Below are positions 58,833-64,000 of a stretch of DNA of 64,000 nt, one piece after another. The stretch's first letter is position 1, and every line of letters begins with the position of its first letter. Below the pieces are notes generated by a model. The model was not told the origin of the DNA and did not search any database. It saw nothing but the letters and a program-made list of their open reading frames with translations. The stretch covers positions 5,456,001-5,520,000 of the forward strand of contig CM119383.1 in the NCBI GenBank assembly GCA_051294905.1. The letters are read 5' to 3'. Source of the DNA: Botryllus schlosseri. Lineage: Eukaryota. Both the position numbers and the translations under genes were made by a program.

Positions 58833-60115
58833 CAGGGCTTTGGAGTAGCCGTAAATTTAAACTGCTCCAGCTCCGGCTCCGGAGCTTTCTTCTATCATAC
58901 ATTAGCTCCGGCTCCAGCTCCGGAGCTGCATTATTACCACTGCTCCGGCTCCAGCTCCGGCTCTGAAATTATCGAATGGGCCTGTTTATATATCAGGGGT
59001 GGCTAACCTGCGGGCCAAATGTGGCCCGCGAGAGGGTTTGCGTAGCCCGCGAGGTAATTTCCCATTATATTATCGTAAATTAATTGCTCAGATTGTGAAC
59101 TTGCAATGCCAAGTGCCAACCAAAAATTACAAGTTTGGCTGCGACACTTGGGATGTTGATGACTAAAATATCAGTTCCGACGCATTCGCATAGATCCACG
59201 GTCCAGTCACATTTTCAGTAGAGCGTCGTACATTACAATAAACTAATATAGTAGTGAATTTTTTTCTTCACGCTTTGCGTGTTTAATTGTCACGCGATTT
59301 CTTGCTTGGTAGCCTACCCTCGACTGAAAATGAAAAAAAAACGCCTAATTTACCCGATTGAGTCTAACTGCGTACTCGCAATTACGGGAGAAAGTCTTTT
59401 TCGCGTTTGCGCTCGCATAAAGATCGTCGATGGTGAAATGTAGGCACAAAATGATTGTCGCATATTATCGGAGACCTTCGATATTGATGTGGACAGACGC
59501 CGAATAGTCGTATCCTTGCAAACTGAGCCTAGCGGGCGGTATGTAGTAGACCCGTAATATACTCAAGTAGGTAATAATATTATTGACCTAGCTTATTTAT
59601 AAACTTTGAAAATTTTACCCGCTTGGCGCGGCTAGTGTACCGCGCATTCGTTCATCAATTTCATGTGCCCCTTTAGCCGAAGGTTGGCCATTCCTGGTCT
59701 ATATAGATTACTAATCTACCAATAGGTTAGTTATCTATTCTATAGTCATCTAGAGTCTGTCAGCCGTCAGTAACATCCGATATAGCAACGAAGACATAGG
59801 TGCCGCCGTGCAGGCTTGTGACGTCATAGTCAATACTTGTCAATTGTCGATAACAACATCGTTGCAGCACTTTACTCTATGCCATTGCTGTGCACAGCAT
59901 TAAAATTCAGGCCCGCTGTTATTAATGATAAATCAGCAGATGTGGTTGTTGAATATATAATAGCATCTTATAAAATACGTCGGAGCCGGAGCTACTCCTC
60001 AAATAACGGGCTCCAGCTCCGGCTCCGGCTGAATTTTATGTAGAGCTCCGGCTCCGGCTCCAGCTCCGGTGAAAATGCACGGCTCCGGGGCTCCGGCTCC
60101 GGCTCCAAAGCCCTG
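58833..60115. mobile_element. Composite hAT MITE (GGCTCC-repeat family) with inner MITE ~58994-59696
   Basis: TIR CAGGGCTTTGGAG / CTCCAAAGCCCTG, exact TSD GTTAAGAT. Confidence 0.85.
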
Positions 60116-63100
60116 GTTAAGATCCCCGGAATTTATCAGTACACAATAAAATTAACGCAGCGGTGAACTGATAACCGTAAATGCAACTCAGTAAATCTAT
60201 GTATCTACCCTGGCGCGCAGCCAAGAGAAAAATAGGAGGGGTTTGAAAATTTTCCAATTGTTGCGGGGTAGCATCAATTTACAAACGTAAATGCCGAATA
60301 TCGTCGAATAAACTTCCTGATGTTGACGAACTCATGCGTGCGATATATATATAAGCCGCAGTAAACTACACTTTCTCACATTCCTAAAATAACTGGAAAT
60401 AACATAAATACGTAATTTCATTTGTAAAGAGTCCGCATGTGCTATCAATTAGCGAGTCCACGATCTCCCTTGAATACATGTTCATTGTTCAGCAATATGA
60501 GCTCTTATTACAACGAATCAGAATTTTTCCATCACTACGTTTCGTGACCGATGATGGTGTACAAATGAATGAAAACATTTCTGGAGATCCCGCGTTGCTA
60601 TCCAGGCGATTTTTGTATATTGGAGGCGCTGATAATATGAATCGCTGAATTGCAAATGAGCTATGAAATATTGGGTCGGCATTTCAACACGAAATTTAAT
60701 AAAGGAGAATGTTACTGTAAATATTTTTTCAAACGTGAGTCTATTCCCCAGCCGAAATCCCGAAATTCCCCACCGCTTGGGAACCACTGTGTAAACGACT
60801 GTCCCAATTCCGTCATGCGTGAAAGCATAAATAGGTCTCGCGCGAAACCAGAACCGTGACGGCACAAGCAATCTGCGAGGCACGTGTTCTCAGAGCCCGC
60901 ACATTCAGGTCCGCGCGCTCGCGCGGCAGACGTAAGATAGACAATTGGCTCCATTTCGCTTCATTTATTCTTTCTATTTCTTATTGAACCGCAGTATCAT
61001 TGAACCTGGTAAATCTACAAGTTTCTGACCACTATTTACTACTATTTGGCTGTTCTGTGCTAGTAAAGAAAGCTCCTTGGATCTGCGTGTGTGATCAGGA
61101 TTGCAAGAGTATACTCAGAGCGGTCATTAGTCAGTGACTAGTGCGTACAACAGGAACTGTAAGCTGTAGCGTCGACCCCAATCAAGCACTATACCAGCGT
61201 GTCTTGCAACAAGCCGTTGCTGCGACCGCTACACACTGCTTTAGAGAGATTTATATGATCTCTATTGAATGAAATTCTTCAGGTATCCAGAGGTCGTCAG
61301 TAACAAAGTACCTCAACTTCTTTTGGGTGCCGAAGTAGATTTTGCCTACTGGCACTACCTATCCAAGTAGATATGTCTCTCGGCTATTTCCATTTCCACT
61401 TGACAGCGTTTTATGTAAACTTACTTGTTTCACTTTGCATTTTGAAAAGTAGAAAGTAGTTTCGATATAAGTTTGCATCTCTTTTGAAATTGACTTTATA
61501 ATTGAGTAGGCTAACAAAATTGTGCTATATGCGTCTTCCCAATATACTTCTTCAAACTACTGATGTGAATACATTTAAGACGATGTGTTTGTAGTCCAAG
61601 AAATTTTGGCTACTTCTAGTTGAGTGAAGCAAACGTATCTGATTTTAGATACGTGAATAAGTTGATGGTACAGTAGTAAGTTCACTTCGAAGTTGCGATG
61701 CACGGTATTGTCTGCTATACTCTCAAAATTAATTGATCTATTTTTATCATGGACGAGCAAAGCAATAGGCCCATTAACCTGCCCGTCGTTTCATAATTTA
61801 TGAAACCGATCATGAGACGTTCAACATGAGATTAGCTGAAGCATATTTTGATGGAAAATTTAAAGATTTTATGGGGTATTGCTTTTGCCATGCATGATCA
61901 GTAAGTTATATAATATGGTATGCTCAGTTGATTATAAATAATAATCCATGGTCGTAAATTGTGATGAAAATCGAAGAGTGTTGTGAGGTTGAATTAAAAA
62001 ATCCATGAAACAGTTTTCTAGTATTGCACCATTCATGGTTTATCACTACCGGTAGTGAATTTGTTGGCTACTTGAGTTTTACAAGTGTGGAAATGGGCAT
62101 GAAATTTGTCAGATTACATCAATCACTGATTCTACTCAATTAAATGGTCTAAACTTTTCCATACATTAATAATATAAGAGGATAGTAAAGTACTCTACTA
62201 CATATTTTTGAAAATTAGTTTAGTGATACAAGTGTAACGATATTATTCACATATAACATGTGGCAATTATTATTACAATATCCATCACGGTGATTGTCCA
62301 AACACTACTTTTAACTGACAAAACTATAATGAAAGGTAGGGTATGCATATGAGTCATCATAAATCGTAGTTCTTCATAACTGACCATTTCTTGAATATGT
62401 TAACCCTATATGAATAATGTGTATATTAAAATGCGTATTAAAATTGCCAGAATGATCTTTAACATACTGACCCTCCTGTACCTGTTCTATATCACGCTTG
62501 ATCATCTCTTGTTAGTATTTTGGTAATTCTCTCTGAGTTTATTCCACATCGAGTGTGTAACTTTGCAGCTTGCATGCCTCTTTTTGACACGTTATGATAT
62601 TTTCGTCAATAAATTTCGAGGCCAAGGAGGGAGTTGGATGGATTGACTGTTGCTCTCTTGTGTGTTCTCCATCCATCTCTATATCTCCATCATAGACCAT
62701 TCACTGGTCTACACAAAATTTCAGGTTAGGGTTTTGACAACTGATTTCGGCTATATTTGGGCGCTGAATCCGAAAATGACCTCAGATTCTCTCCATCGCG
62801 TCACGGTTTTGAGATATGAAATATCCCATATTTTTTTTATAAAAATTCAGTTTTCGACCCCCCTCTGTTGTCAAAACAAGGAATTCTGATGCAATAAACA
62901 CTGTTTTACCTGCAATAATCTAGCTTTAATTAGCAAACAAGCATTCTATATTAGATTCACACAAATTTGCGTTGTCTTTATTAAAATTTCATGCTTCGGA
63001 ATAAAAAATAAGCATGCAAAAGAGCAACCAAAAGCTACATTATGCTGACGAACATGTCGATTGGAAAGTAACAAAATATAATCTGAATTATAGCCTAAAG

Positions 63101-63219
63101 TTCACACAATATGCACATTTCAATGGAGTGCAGAAATTCTGAAGACAGGGACTTCGACAGGGGGAGTTCAGAAACAGTCAAAAAACTAGCTTTCATAAAA
63201 TATGAACTCTAGGCTTAAA

Positions 63220-63660
63220 CTTATAAGCTTAAAAATGCTCTTTTGAGGGATTTTCTTTTATGAGCAGCATCTGGAATTTCTCTTAATCCCAACTCCAGCA
63301 ATAGACGGCTGTCACATGAAAATCCAGGTACAGGTGGCGACTGTGTCCTTGTCCTTGCTCGTACCGGGTATTCACTGGTATGAGAAATACATGAATCTAC
63401 AAATCCCACTGACCTTGATAACGTGCCTCTATAATTTTAATATATTGGCGTAAACGTTCACCCTTTTCTTCACTAACTTTCCCAAGGTGCTCTGGAAACT
63501 CATCCGTGTGGCTCTTCAAATCGTTAACTCTGATGCTCATCCTGCTTCCCAAATCTCCAAAACCAAGCAGTAGCTCCCTTAAGAGATAGGCTATTTATAA
63601 TTTTCTGCTTTTCTATTCCTAAAAAAACAGCACCGAGCTCTAGCTTCCAAGCTCCAGCCT
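63220..63660 (-). pseudogene. Decayed DNA transposase C-terminal fragment (tentatively Chapaev3/CMC-like)
   Basis: With frameshifts reads FLGNRKAENY...MSIRVNDLKSHTDEFPEHLGKVSEEKGERLRQYIKIIEARYQGQWD...YCW...REIPDAAHKRKS, matching the recalled FPENLGAVSDEQGERFHQD...YQG.W...DYCW transposase motif. Superfamily label is from memory. Confidence 0.7.
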
Positions 63661-64000
63661 CGAATGGCAACATTGATTACACCGTGTAACACGATTTTTG
63701 TTTCCAGGTGCTAATTGATATTTCCTGATCACTCAAACCACAACTATCGAAGGTATGTGGTCTATTTCGCTGCCTTAGCTACACCCTGCCATTCAGCATG
63801 CTGTTGATACTCTTCAACACTCTATTCCTATCAAAGTTACAATACGGAATTCTTTGTTGGGGTGCTGCCTGCAAGTATACAATTGACCCACTGCAAAAAC
63901 TTCAACCTCGGATCATCCATAGCATTGCCATGGCCCCATGGGGGCCTGGATGTGCAACTGACAAATCGCTTCTCAAAAGATTTGGTGTTCTAAACTTGGA

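Noticed and set aside
58659-60789. Charlie-like element enclosing the composite MITE
   Set aside because: CAGTGGTTCCCAA ends are present but the flanks (CTTTAGAG vs TGTAAACG) do not match.
61064-61270. Candidate second exon for the signal-peptide gene
   Set aside because: The phase-compatible frame has an internal TGA and no recognisable domain.
62480-62620. MADF/trihelix-like fragment on - (MWNKLRENY)
   Set aside because: Too short and interrupted by stops to support a call.

Overview
Repeat-rich animal (invertebrate-like) genomic DNA, about 38% GC by eye. (1) A multi-exon SLC12A9-like cation-chloride cotransporter gene on + (about 3505-25418; 19 coding exons that splice into one 992-aa frame). 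It includes a U12-type minor intron, and its introns are packed with hAT-type MITEs. (2) A full-length 16.9-kb Polinton/Maverick (adintovirus-like) element at 30129-47026, with 136-bp TIRs starting AGTAGT and a GAAGCT 6-bp TSD. It encodes pPolB, a packaging ATPase, a chromodomain integrase, two penton-like proteins, a major capsid protein, an adenain protease and basic core proteins. It also carries a divergent BIR-domain IAP gene, orphan ORFs (one resembling a degenerate SF3 helicase), a probable 51-nt spliceosomal intron and a ~496-bp tandem array. PolB, ATPase, penton-1 and MCP each carry one inactivating lesion. The element is the innermost of four nested insertions, each with a readable TSD. 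(3) A second nest (48443-56649) holds an intact Ty3/Gypsy retrotransposon with identical 139-bp LTRs and a non-canonical primer-binding site. (4) Further MITEs, a signal-peptide first exon at 58373 and a decayed DNA transposase near the right end. All coordinates and alignments were worked out by hand; no database searches were run.
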